Assembly (NCBI GenBank): GCA_965232515.1
Contig: CBDDPY010000002.1
Location: forward strand, 544,001-608,000
Direction: 5' to 3'
Source of the DNA: Alphaproteobacteria bacterium
GTDB taxonomy: Bacteria > Pseudomonadota > Alphaproteobacteria > GCA-2731375
Length of the DNA: 64,000 bases
Of the stretch, positions 1 to 9,184 are shown piece by piece (position 1 is the first letter of the stretch; every line of letters begins with the position of its first letter). The translations under genes and the position numbers were made by a program. A model generated the notes under the pieces. That model made no database searches, had not been told where the DNA came from, and was given only the letters and a program-made list of their open reading frames with translations.

Positions 1-96
1 TGGCTGCTCAAGCGGTCGCCCAACGTCATCGTCATCCCCGGCACCACCTCGATCCCGCATCTGGAGGAAAACCTCCGCGCCTGGGATCTGGTCTGA
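1..96 (+). CDS. Aldo/keto reductase, C-terminal fragment (runs off window start)
   Basis: Frame 1 reads WLLKRSPNVIVIPGTTSIPHLEENLRAWDLV*, matching the AKR C-terminal IPGTT..HLEEN motif. Confidence 0.85.
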   Translation, partial: WLLKRSPNVIVIPGTTSIPHLEENLRAWDLV

Positions 97-120
97 TCAC
101 CGTTGGACAAGGAACCCGCT

Positions 121-375
121 ATGACCCCCAACCGCCACAAGCTCGCCTTGCTCACCTGGCTCATCGTCTATCCCCTGATCACGCTGTTGATCGCCCTTTT
201 GGAGCCGCTGCTCGGCGGCCTCGCCCTGCCGCTGCGCACGGGCGTTCTGACGGCGATCATGGTCCCGGCGCTGGTCTATCTCGCCATGCCCTACGCCACC
301 CGGCGCCTGCGCGGCTGGCTGACCAGCCGACAGTTCTTTGCGATCCGTCGCGAACGCGTGATGATAGCGCCGTGA
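121..375 (+). CDS. Small membrane protein (resembles the membrane part of ABM-monooxygenase fusions)
   Basis: AAGGA before ATG 121; KLALLTWLIVYPLITLL...LRTGVLTAIMVPALVYLAMP...LRGWL, two hydrophobic segments. Confidence 0.7.
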   Translation: MTPNRHKLALLTWLIVYPLITLLIALLEPLLGGLALPLRTGVLTAIMVPALVYLAMPYATRRLRGWLTSRQFFAIRRERVMIAP

Positions 376-473
376 CCGCACCCCGTTTCGTGACCGCTCT
401 GACCATGCGCCATTTGCTTGCCCTGCCGCTCTTCGGCTCGCGGGCCGCGGCGCAACGTTAGCCTGCAGATGAA

Positions 474-568
474 TGAATGATCCGGGCCCATGGTCCTCGA
501 CTGGGGTCGGTTACCGTGCCCTATCGAGCGATGGTGTGATCTCGTCGTCCGGACCCGGATGTCATTCA
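474..568. repeat. Long imperfect inverted repeat between convergent genes
   Basis: tgaatgatccgggcc at 474 pairs with ggacccggatgtcattca (551-568); inner arms ccatgg..ctcga..ggg / ccc..tcgag..atgg. Confidence 0.5.
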
Positions 569-575
569 ATGCGGC

Positions 576-1631
576 TCAATTGATGGCAAGTCCTTTCGCG
601 AGCACCGCTTGGAGGTTGGCGAGTGCCTTTGAGTTTTCGTCGGCCGCCATCGTGCCAATGGTGTGATGAAAGGCCAAGGCCTGCCCGTTGTCGAAAAAGG
701 CAATAACCAAGTTAATCCCCAGCGAGCCGAAGTCTGTCGGGCATGTGATGGCTGCTTCGCGCAGAACGAAGTCGTCGACACGGACCGGCGCCGTTAGGGC
801 ATAGGCGTATTCGTCCTCGCAATACTCGTCCGCCGCACCCATGATGCTGTCGAAGATCTGTTTATGCGTCCTTCCCGAGACTTCGAGACGGATCATAAAG
901 CCACTCAATCCCTCCGCATTCCACGCCAGCAAGGCGCCGTCGCTGTCGACGAACTGCCAGTCCCGAAACCCGGCGGTATTCAGCCAGCTGGTAATTGCGC
1001 GTCGCATTTCTCCGTCTTCGGGCGAGGTCGTCCGTTTTGCGAATGGGTCACGAGGATCGGCAGACGAATCCTTCGACGCCGCGAATGGGTCGCTGGATCC
1101 CAGTTGTATGCCGGTTCCCGAGGCAACGCATTTGAGCAAGAGGTCCAGCGCGCCATTGCTGCCTTTCAGGCTGAACCGCATGTCATCTCCGGCGGCGATA
1201 ACGTCAAGCGCACGACCCCGCCTTAGCCAGTAGAGTGCGAAGGAGGTCTCGTCGAACGAGAAGCGGGCGGATGTCGGTCTGGTTGACGTCGCCGGTCCAT
1301 GCTGGATCAGTCGACCGTCGACCTCGAAGGAAACGGGGGCGGAGTCCTCAGCGGAAAGGGACCAGGCCGGATTCTTGAGCACCAGATCGAGCTCGAAATC
1401 CTCTCTCATAAAGAAATAGAGCGTCGTATTGCTGTCGAAGGTGGCTTTGATCGCGCAGTACTGAAATGCACCCGTTCGGGCGTCACGACCCATGTGTCCC
1501 TGCCACCCGCCATAGCTGAAGCTATTGAAGTCACCGTCAGCCGCGACGCTATTTTCGCAATGAAATCCCAGGGTTAGGATCAGAACGGCCAGAGGCAGCC
1601 AGGTTCGTTTTCTGGCGCAAACCGAAACCAT
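576..1631 (-). CDS. Secreted hypothetical protein, paralog of 10954-12030
   Basis: Long ORF with signal-peptide-like N-terminus; GWQG...GAFQYCA, FEVDGR, LRRGRAL shared with the paralog; start uncertain (1631-1664). Confidence 0.8.
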   Translation of the reverse strand: MVSVCARKRTWLPLAVLILTLGFHCENSVAADGDFNSFSYGGWQGHMGRDARTGAFQYCAIKATFDSNTTLYFFMREDFELDLVLKNPAWSLSAEDSAPVSFEVDGRLIQHGPATSTRPTSARFSFDETSFALYWLRRGRALDVIAAGDDMRFSLKGSNGALDLLLKCVASGTGIQLGSSDPFAASKDSSADPRDPFAKRTTSPEDGEMRRAITSWLNTAGFRDWQFVDSDGALLAWNAEGLSGFMIRLEVSGRTHKQIFDSIMGAADEYCEDEYAYALTAPVRVDDFVLREAAITCPTDFGSLGINLVIAFFDNGQALAFHHTIGTMAADENSKALANLQAVLAKGLAIN

Positions 1632-1802
1632 TTTGGAGAAAAGGTACATATTCAATTCTAGCAACTGGGTCTGATTGGCAAAAGCTTGAATTGGTGGATT
1701 GCGCGGTCACTACTAGAGCGGCTCAGTTTGTTGTCGGGTCGTCAAATTGCTGCGCGGGACCAGCCGACACGATGTCCTGGTCGCAGTGGACGTACGGAGG
1801 TC

Positions 1803-2810
1803 GTGGGTCGGTTGCACCGCACAATAGCTGCATTGGTCCTGGGGATGCTTTCGATGCCAATTGCGGCCGCGGCGCTGGAGCTGGGCTGGCCCGTGGCCTG
1901 CACGCTCGGCCAGGACTGCTGGATCGTGCACTACGTCGACGCCGACACGCGGCCGGACCGGGCTGCGGACTTCACCTGCGGCACGCTCACCTACGACGGC
2001 CACAAGGGCACCGACATCGCCGTCCGCGACCGGCGCGTCATGGCCGCCGGCGTGCCGGTCCTGGCTGCGGCCGACGGCACGGTACGGCGCGTCCGGGACG
2101 GCCAGCCGGACGGCCTCGGCACGCCGGACGCACTTGCCGCCATCGAGAGGGCCGGCACACAATGCGGCAACGGCGTCCTCATCGACCATTCCGGCGGCTG
2201 GCAGACGCTCTATTGCCACATGAAGCAGGACAGCATCCGCGTCGCGCCCGGTCAGGCCGTGCGCCGCGGCGACGCGCTCGGCGCCGTTGGCCAGTCGGGC
2301 CTCGCCGCGTTCCCGCATCTGCATCTCGAGGTCCTGCGCGACGGCGCGGTGATCGACCCGTTCACATCGGCGCCGGCCGCCGGCTGCGGCGTGCCGGTGG
2401 ATCGGACCTTGTGGGCCGCGCCGGCCGAGATCGGCTATGACCCGCTGATGCCGTTCGCGGCCGGTTTCGCCGCCACCGCGCCGTCACTGTCGGCGTTGCG
2501 GGCCGACGCCGCGTCGCCGGCCGAGATCGCCGCCGACGGCGCGGCGCTCGTGTTCTGGTTCCTGGCTTACGGCGCAGCGGCCGGCGACCGCATCGCGCTA
2601 GAAATCCGCGATCCCGCCGGCCGCCTCTGGGCCGAAGCGAAGGACGTCCTGGCCAAGACCCGGATCCGCATCCTGCGCTATGCCGGCAAGCGCAACCGGT
2701 CGGGCGCGTTGCCGCCGGGCGAATACACCGGCCGCGCCGTGCTGACCCGCCGGCAGCCCGACGGCCGCGAGCTCCGCCGCGACGTCGAGCGCCGGGTCAT
2801 GGTCAAGTAG
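1803..2810 (+). CDS. M23 family metallopeptidase (secreted)
   Basis: HKGTD (HxxxD), YCHM and PHLHLE (HxH) motifs; GGAGG at 1796; start GTG 1803 or TTG 1812. Confidence 0.9.
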   Translation: MGRLHRTIAALVLGMLSMPIAAAALELGWPVACTLGQDCWIVHYVDADTRPDRAADFTCGTLTYDGHKGTDIAVRDRRVMAAGVPVLAAADGTVRRVRDGQPDGLGTPDALAAIERAGTQCGNGVLIDHSGGWQTLYCHMKQDSIRVAPGQAVRRGDALGAVGQSGLAAFPHLHLEVLRDGAVIDPFTSAPAAGCGVPVDRTLWAAPAEIGYDPLMPFAAGFAATAPSLSALRADAASPAEIAADGAALVFWFLAYGAAAGDRIALEIRDPAGRLWAEAKDVLAKTRIRILRYAGKRNRSGALPPGEYTGRAVLTRRQPDGRELRRDVERRVMVK

Positions 2811-2817
2811 CGCCGCC

Positions 2818-3558
2818 TCAGTCGCCGCAGCAGCCGGCGGGCACCAGCCGCGCCGCGTCGTCGGCGGGCGCGTATTCGTCGTGCAGCTTCACCCAGCTCA
2901 TGACGCCGTCCTCGTTGCGGCCCTTCGGCGCCATGTCGAGGAAGTGGAACGGCATGAACAGCGGCTCGACGCCGCGCGAATAGGCCGAGTAGGTGTGGAA
3001 CACCTCGCCGGCCGCGTTCTTCGCGAACACGCTCGCGCCCTGCAGGTCTTCGGCTGCGTAGTCCGTGGTGCCGAAGTTGTACCCGGTCGTGCGGTCGGCG
3101 ATCTGCTCGGGCGTGAAGGCAACGCCGTAATCGTAGTTGAAGCTGTTGTCGCCCGAAGAGACCCAGGTGAACGTCCAGCCCAGCCGTCGCTTCACCGCCT
3201 CGATCTGCTCGACCGTCGCCCGCGACACGGCCGCGAACGAGAGATCCGCCTGCTCGAAATGCCGGCGGGCCGCGTCGACGCCGTCCGACGTCGCGGCGCA
3301 GCCCTGGCAGATGTGGTCCGAGCCCGGCGTCAGCATGAAGTGCTGCACGAACAGCTGGCTGCGCCCGTCGAACAGGTCGCTCAGCGTCTTCGGTCCGTCG
3401 GCCGAGTCGAACGCGTAATCCGTCTCGACCCTGACCCAGGGCAGGGCGCGCCGCTCGGCGTTCACCCAGTCGCGCAGGTGCGTCAACTCGCGCTCGTCCG
3501 CCAGCAGCGCCTTCCGCGCCGCGAGCCATTCCGTGCGGGATACGATGTCAGGTGTCAT
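2818..3558 (-). CDS. DUF899 thioredoxin-like protein
   Basis: IVSRTEWLAARKALL..E.ELT, RRALPWV, LFDGRSQL, CQGC, FHTYSAYSRG, PKGRNE. Confidence 0.92.
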   Translation of the reverse strand: MTPDIVSRTEWLAARKALLADERELTHLRDWVNAERRALPWVRVETDYAFDSADGPKTLSDLFDGRSQLFVQHFMLTPGSDHICQGCAATSDGVDAARRHFEQADLSFAAVSRATVEQIEAVKRRLGWTFTWVSSGDNSFNYDYGVAFTPEQIADRTTGYNFGTTDYAAEDLQGASVFAKNAAGEVFHTYSAYSRGVEPLFMPFHFLDMAPKGRNEDGVMSWVKLHDEYAPADDAARLVPAGCCGD

Positions 3559-3607
3559 GTCCTGTTCTCCCTCAAGTATCGACCGATGTCATGGACGCGC
3601 GCCAGGC

Positions 3608-4540
3608 TCACACCGGGGCGCAGGCGCGCAGGTGCGCCGTCAGCCGGTCGAGGCATTCGCACCAGCCGTCCTCGTGGCTGTCGCGGGCGCTCATCGTCTC
3701 GAACGCCGCCTGATGGAACGTCAGCCGCGTCCGGCCGCCGATGTCCTCGAACGTGACGGTGACCAGCGTCTCCAGCCCGGGTTCGCCATCGGCGTCGGTC
3801 CAGGCGTGCGTGAAGACGATCCGTTCCGGCCGGCGGATCTCTTTGTAGACGCCGCCCATGCGGTGATCGCCGCCCGACGCCGCGCGGATATGCGAATGCC
3901 ACGGGCCGCCGGGCCGGAACTCCATGCCCGCGTCGACGATCGTGAAGTTCTTCGGCCCGAACCAGCGGCGCAGATGTTCGGGTTCGGCCCACATGCGGAA
4001 CACCAGCTCGCGCGGCGCGTCGAGCTCGCGCACGATGGTGAGCTCGTGTTTCGGCGCCTCGGCGAGCGCGTCGTCCAACTCGTCGAACATCGCCTTCCAG
4101 GCGGTGTGCGTGTAGTCGACGTAATCGGCCCAGTCCGGATGCAGCGCGTGCGTCAGCGTCAGCACGCAGCCACGGCCGTTCGCGGCGATCTCGACGGTCA
4201 GGCGGTCGACGGCCTTGGGCTCGTCGGCGACCCAGAACCGGAACGACAACCGCCGCGGCCGGTCGATTTCCAGAAACGTGCCGTGGTGCGTCACCTCGGT
4301 GTCGCCGCGCCGGTCGACGAACGTAAAGGCGCCGCCGACGCGGGCGTCGATCTCGGCGTGCAGGCTCTCGCTGTCGGGCATGGTGAACAGCCAGCGCCGC
4401 GCTACATCAGCATCGAGCCAGGCGTCGAACAGCCGCTCGGGCGAGGTGTCGAAGCGGCGCGTCACGGTCACCACCGGTCCGCCCGGCCGGCCGCGACGGT
4501 CGGTCGTGGTCTCGGGCATCGTCTCAGGCGTCGTCGCCAT
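3608..4540 (-). CDS. Tandem SRPBCC (AHSA1/START-like) domain protein
   Basis: Two AHSA1-like repeats (RRFDTSPERLFDAW; RELDAPRELVFRMWAEPEHLRRW...HEDGW..LDRL). Confidence 0.9.
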   Translation of the reverse strand: MATTPETMPETTTDRRGRPGGPVVTVTRRFDTSPERLFDAWLDADVARRWLFTMPDSESLHAEIDARVGGAFTFVDRRGDTEVTHHGTFLEIDRPRRLSFRFWVADEPKAVDRLTVEIAANGRGCVLTLTHALHPDWADYVDYTHTAWKAMFDELDDALAEAPKHELTIVRELDAPRELVFRMWAEPEHLRRWFGPKNFTIVDAGMEFRPGGPWHSHIRAASGGDHRMGGVYKEIRRPERIVFTHAWTDADGEPGLETLVTVTFEDIGGRTRLTFHQAAFETMSARDSHEDGWCECLDRLTAHLRACAPV

Positions 4541-4880
4541 CGGGTCGCTCCCTTGTCTGAATTTCCTCGAGATAGGCTTCCAGGCGGTCAAGGCGGCTCT
4601 CCCAGATCGCTCGCTGCTCGGAGATCCAGTCGCCCGCCGTGGTCAGCGAGTCCGGCTCGATGCGGCAGGTCCGCACCCGGCCGACCTTCTCGGACCGCAC
4701 CAGGCCGCTGTCCTCCAGCACGCGCAGGTGCTGCATCACCGACGGCAGCGCCATTGTCAGCGGTTTTGCCAGCTCGCTCACCGACGCCGGCCCCTGGATC
4801 AGCCGTTCGACGATGATCCGCCGGGTCGGGTCGGCCAGCGCGTGAAACACCCCGTCCAGGGCTGGTTGTTGGTTAGGCAT
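4524..4880 (-). CDS. ArsR/SmtB family transcriptional regulator
   Basis: LDGVFHALADPTRR, SVSELA, QHLRVLEDSGLVRSEKVGRVRTC; typical partner of SRPBCC genes. Confidence 0.93.
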   Translation of the reverse strand: MPNQQPALDGVFHALADPTRRIIVERLIQGPASVSELAKPLTMALPSVMQHLRVLEDSGLVRSEKVGRVRTCRIEPDSLTTAGDWISEQRAIWESRLDRLEAYLEEIQTRERPDGDDA

Positions 4881-4938
4881 ATGCCTAAGTATCATGGTGT
4901 GGCGAGCCGATGCAACAAATATTTAGGCAGTTGCCTAA
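4873..4938. promoter_or_regulatory. Twin palindromic operators, probably ArsR autoregulation
   Basis: TTAGGCATATGCCTAA (4873-4888, perfect palindrome over the start codon) and TTAGGCAGTTGCCTAA (4923-4938), 50 bp apart. Confidence 0.75.
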
Positions 4939-5050
4939 GTTTTTCGCCCTGCGACCCGATGCCGCGCGCCGCGATCCTTGAAAACCCGGTCCGAAGCCCA
5001 GAAATCTGGGGATGAGTGGGGCCCAGCTTCCGATGCGACCGGAGGTTCCC

Positions 5051-5416
5051 ATGGATCGTTTTTCCGCCACCCAGGGCCATAACGCCATCGCCCGCGCGCT
5101 CGAGGCCGGCACCGCCCCACACGGCCTGCCCGCCGCGCAACTCTTCACCCACGGCACGGCCAATCTGTTCTTCTACGAACCCCGCGGCCGCGACCTGCAG
5201 CCGCCGCACGACCAGGACGAGCTCTATGTCGTGCTCAGCGGCGCCGGCACCTTCGCCTGCGGCGACAGCGAGGACACGCTGCGCCGCACGCCGTTCGCGC
5301 CCGGCGACGCGATCTTTGTGCCCGCCGGCGCCGTGCACCGCTTCGAGGACTTCTCCGACGACTTCGCCACCTGGGTCATCATGTACGGCCCCTCCGGCGG
5401 CGAATGGGCAGGGTGA
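5051..5416 (+). CDS. Cupin domain protein
   Basis: GGAGG RBS; DLQPPHDQDELYVVLSGAG and PGDAIFVPAGAVHRFEDF cupin motifs. Confidence 0.9.
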   Translation: MDRFSATQGHNAIARALEAGTAPHGLPAAQLFTHGTANLFFYEPRGRDLQPPHDQDELYVVLSGAGTFACGDSEDTLRRTPFAPGDAIFVPAGAVHRFEDFSDDFATWVIMYGPSGGEWAG

Positions 5417-5480
5417 GGGAAGACACGGCGTGCAAGACCCCCGCAATCGTGAGTGGAAATCCGCGCCGATTTCGGGCTGA

Positions 5481-6794
5481 ATGCCGCCCATCATGACCGT
5501 CGAGACCCCGTTTCATATCGGCGACGCGCTCGTCGACCCGGCGACCCGGCAGGTCAACCGCGGACCCGATCGACGGCGTCTCGCGCCCAAGGCCATGGCC
5601 GTGCTGCGGGCGCTGGCCGCCGTGCCGGGCCAGGTCGTCCGCCGCGAGACACTGCTGGAGACGGTCTGGCCGGATGTCACCGTGGGCGAGGAGGTGCTGA
5701 CGCACGCCATCGCCGAGATCCGCCGCGCGCTCGGCGACGACTTCCGCGCTCCGCGCCATGTCGAGACCGTGCACAAGTCGGGCTATCGCCTGCTGTCGCC
5801 CGTGCGGCCCGCCGCCGGGCTCGGCGCTGCCATGGCCGCCCTCGATCCGTTTCCGGCCATCGACGCCGGCGCCGGTCTGGGCGAATGGCGGCCGGGCGCT
5901 CATCCCGGCGCGGCGTCGCTCGGCGACGAAGCATTCGATCTCCAGGACTATGCCGTCTATCTCCGGGCCTGCGAGCTGTTCGACCGCGGCGGCCGCGACA
6001 ACGTGCATGCCGCCGCCCAACTGTTCCACCACCTCACCGAGACCCGGCCGCACTACGCGCCGGGCCTCGCCGGTCTCGCCCGCGCGCTCACCTTCATCAG
6101 TCTCTATTTCGGGCCGGCCGAGGACTGCCTGGAACGCGCGTTGGAGGTCAGCGAACGCGCGCTCCGCATCGATCCGCACCTGGCGGAAGCACACGCCGCT
6201 CGCGGTCTCGTGCTGGGCGACGCCGGCGACGCTGCCGCCGCCGGCCGCAGCTTCGCGACCGCGATCCGCCTAAGGCCCGACGCGCCCGAGACGCACCTGA
6301 TGGCGGGTCACGCCAGCTTCAACTGGGGCGACAGCGCGCTCGCCGCCACGCTGCACGAACAGGTCGCCCGTCTGCGCGCCGACGATTATTACTCGCTGGT
6401 GCTCGCGGCCAAGGCGCGGCACTGCCTCGGCGACCATGCCGGTGCCCGCGCCAACGCCGCCAAGGCCGCGCCACGCATCGACACCCACCTCCAGGCCTAT
6501 CCCGGCGACATCCGCGCGATCTGCGCCCAAGCCCGGGTTTTGGTCGAGCTCGGCGACCGTGACGCCGCGCTAGCGCTCATCGAGCCGCTGCTCGACGGCG
6601 ACCATACGCTCACCTACTTCATCGCCAGCCTGCTCGCCCGCGCCGGCGAAATCTCGTTGGCCCTTGACCGTCTGGAAGAAGTCGCCGACGCCGGCTGGCA
6701 CAATACCTCGCTGCTCCGCCACGACCTCGACCTTGCGCCCCTGCACGCCGAACCTCGCTATCGCCGCCTGGAGGCCGCGCTGGGCGTCGGCTAG
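5481..6794 (+). CDS. Winged-helix (OmpR/CadC-type) DNA-binding protein with TPR repeats
   Basis: LAPKAMAVL..GQVVRRETLLETVWP..AIAEIRRALGDD..VETVHKSGYRL followed by TPR-like helical repeats. Confidence 0.88.
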   Translation: MPPIMTVETPFHIGDALVDPATRQVNRGPDRRRLAPKAMAVLRALAAVPGQVVRRETLLETVWPDVTVGEEVLTHAIAEIRRALGDDFRAPRHVETVHKSGYRLLSPVRPAAGLGAAMAALDPFPAIDAGAGLGEWRPGAHPGAASLGDEAFDLQDYAVYLRACELFDRGGRDNVHAAAQLFHHLTETRPHYAPGLAGLARALTFISLYFGPAEDCLERALEVSERALRIDPHLAEAHAARGLVLGDAGDAAAAGRSFATAIRLRPDAPETHLMAGHASFNWGDSALAATLHEQVARLRADDYYSLVLAAKARHCLGDHAGARANAAKAAPRIDTHLQAYPGDIRAICAQARVLVELGDRDAALALIEPLLDGDHTLTYFIASLLARAGEISLALDRLEEVADAGWHNTSLLRHDLDLAPLHAEPRYRRLEAALGVG

Positions 6795-7006
6795 GACAGC
6801 CGCCCGTCGCAGACCGACCGGGCCCTGCGGAAGGCTGGGGCGTACACTATGTCGGTTGTGCTTCGCGGCATGTTCGCGCGGCGCGAAGAGGGCTTTACGC
6901 CTATTCCGAGAAAAATCTTGTTTCAAATCTGTTGCGTCTTTGCCATTCTTGCATGAGGGCGTTGGTGCACAACGCCCGATGGTTCTCGGGCTCGGCAAGG
7001 GAATCG

Positions 7007-7630
7007 ATGGCGATGTTGGGGTCAAGGGCAGTTCGGCGTCTGGCGGTCGCGGCGGGGATGCTTGTCGCGGCCTTCACGGCGGGTGGCGCGCCGCAGGCGG
7101 CGGCCGTCGTCATCACGCATGCATACAGTGCGGAACAGGTTGGCGGGGTCGGCACCGTCGCCGGTCTCTTCCAATACGATACGGACACGCCGGACACCAC
7201 TCCCGGCCCGCAGGGCGGGTCCTACGCCGGCACCTGGTCCGGCGCCGTGACCGGCGGGCCGCAGGACGGCGGGGTCTTTTCGTTTGCCGCCACATTCCTC
7301 GTACAGGATCTCTTTCCCGCAGTTCCCGGCAACGTCGACCGCCTTACCGTCCTGAACCCGGCAGGTCTCTCGCTTGCATCTTTGCCGGCAATCGGTGATC
7401 TGTTCACGGATGACAGCCTACCGACCAACCTCAATTTGGCAGACTTCCAGAACCCCCTTATCACCCTGGACGGATTGGACTTCGGCAATTCCGTTCTGAT
7501 AAACTACAACATCGTCTCGCTGGAGCGGGTCGCGGAGCCGGTGCCGGAGCCGGGAACCATGCTCCTCCTCGGCGCCGGCCTGATCGGCCTCCTCGGCGCC
7601 CGCCGCCGGGGGCGCGGACGAAAGGCGTAA
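7007..7630 (+). CDS. PEP-CTERM sorting domain protein
   Basis: Signal peptide; C-terminus VPEPGTMLLLGAGLIGLLGARRRGRGRKA (PEP, transmembrane segment, basic tail). Confidence 0.92.
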   Translation: MAMLGSRAVRRLAVAAGMLVAAFTAGGAPQAAAVVITHAYSAEQVGGVGTVAGLFQYDTDTPDTTPGPQGGSYAGTWSGAVTGGPQDGGVFSFAATFLVQDLFPAVPGNVDRLTVLNPAGLSLASLPAIGDLFTDDSLPTNLNLADFQNPLITLDGLDFGNSVLINYNIVSLERVAEPVPEPGTMLLLGAGLIGLLGARRRGRGRKA

Positions 7631-7972
7631 CCTCCCGCAAAATCATCAACTCGCGGCAAAGACCAGATCGCCCACGGAGCCGGCTACCTGCGAGGGTCTC
7701 ATACGATTGCCTGTTGGCCAGCGCCGACGAAATCCCGCTCGCCCGTCGCGCTGCCTGCCATTGGATGCCGTTTTGTCGGATCGGTTGGCTCGTTATTCGG
7801 ACTTTCGCGACAGCAGCGCTGAGATATCACAAATCGGCGATTTGCCTCGCCCCAGTGTTTCGTGGCTAAATCCATTCGCCCTAAGATAGCAGACGGCACG
7901 GGCGACATAAGTGCCGGCAGGGCGCGGCGCATCGACGGCGCCATTTCGCAAAAGTCATCTCGGGGGAGCATC

Positions 7973-9184
7973 ATGACAGCGAGATTTTTGACGACGGCCT
8001 TGCTGGCCGTGCCGACGGCGGCGTTCCTGCTGGCCGGTTTGAGCGACACGGTCGTCGCGCAGCAGAAAGAAGAGGAAGTCCCGTTCTGGGCCATCGGGCG
8101 GCCGGAAGCGGGGCCGGGCGCCAAGCTGGCGCCGGTGCCGTCGCCGCCGATCCCGACCGCGGCCGACAAGCTGCCCAGCCTCAACGTGCCCGCCGGCTTC
8201 AAGGTCGAGGTGTTCGCCAGCGGCATCCTCGACGCGCGTGGTTTGCGCGAGGGCAGCCAGGGCACGATCTTCGTCAGCACGCTGTTCACCGGCGGCGGCA
8301 AGATCCACGCCATCACCGGCGGTCAAACCAAGGAAATCGCCACCGACCTGTTCCTGCCCAACGGCATCGAGTATCGCGACGGGTCGCTTTATGTGGCGAC
8401 GCCGAAGGAGATCCTGCGTTACGACAACATCGAGGCCAGCCTCGACAATCCGCCGAAGCCGGTGACCGTGTTCGACGACATGCCGGGCGTGATCCCGCAC
8501 GGCTGGAAGTTCATCAAGTTCGGTCCCGACGGCAAGCTCTACGTGCCCGTCGGCACGCCGTGCAACATCTGTGAGGAGGATCCCGACTACGCCAAGATCT
8601 TCCGCATCAACGCCGATGGCACCGGCAAGGAAGACGTGGCGCTTGGCGTGCGCAACACGGTCGGCTTCGATTTCGATCCACGCACGGGCGATCTCTGGTT
8701 CACCGACAACCAGCGTGACTGGCTGTCGGAGGATATGCCGCTCGACGAGCTCAACCATGTCAGCCGGCCGGGCGAGCAGCATTTCGGCTATCCCTATTGC
8801 CATTCCGGCATCATGACCGATCCCCAATTCGGCTGGGGCCATTCCTGCGACGACTACACCTCGCCCGCCGCCACGCTGGGCCCGCACTCGGCGCCGCTCG
8901 GCATGCGGTTCTATACCGGCTCGGCCTTCCCCGAGGCCTATCACGGCGCCATCTTCATCGCCCGGCACGGCCCCTGGAACCGGCATCAGAAGTATGCCGA
9001 CGTGTCGGTCGCGTTTCTCGACAAGAACGGCACTGTTCGTGCGGTCGAGCCGTTCCTGACCGGCTTCGTGGTCGGCAACAAGTATGTCGGCCGGCCCGCC
9101 GACGTGCATGTGCTGAAGGACGGTTCGATGCTGGTCTCGGACGACTTCAACGGCGCGATCTACCGCATCACGTATGGCGGCTGA
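7973..9184 (+). CDS. PQQ-dependent sugar / sorbosone dehydrogenase family protein
   Basis: VPAGFKVEVFA, FGPDGKLY, GTPCNIC, GVRNTVGFD, HSAPLGMRFY, GRPADV, VSDD. Confidence 0.9.
   Translation: MTARFLTTALLAVPTAAFLLAGLSDTVVAQQKEEEVPFWAIGRPEAGPGAKLAPVPSPPIPTAADKLPSLNVPAGFKVEVFASGILDARGLREGSQGTIFVSTLFTGGGKIHAITGGQTKEIATDLFLPNGIEYRDGSLYVATPKEILRYDNIEASLDNPPKPVTVFDDMPGVIPHGWKFIKFGPDGKLYVPVGTPCNICEEDPDYAKIFRINADGTGKEDVALGVRNTVGFDFDPRTGDLWFTDNQRDWLSEDMPLDELNHVSRPGEQHFGYPYCHSGIMTDPQFGWGHSCDDYTSPAATLGPHSAPLGMRFYTGSAFPEAYHGAIFIARHGPWNRHQKYADVSVAFLDKNGTVRAVEPFLTGFVVGNKYVGRPADVHVLKDGSMLVSDDFNGAIYRITYGG

Noticed and set aside
6795-7006. Sigma-54/PrsR sites upstream of PEP-CTERM-type genes (also 63130-63534)
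   Set aside because: No convincing GG-N10-GC element found; the shared tttacg..cctattc is too short to trust.
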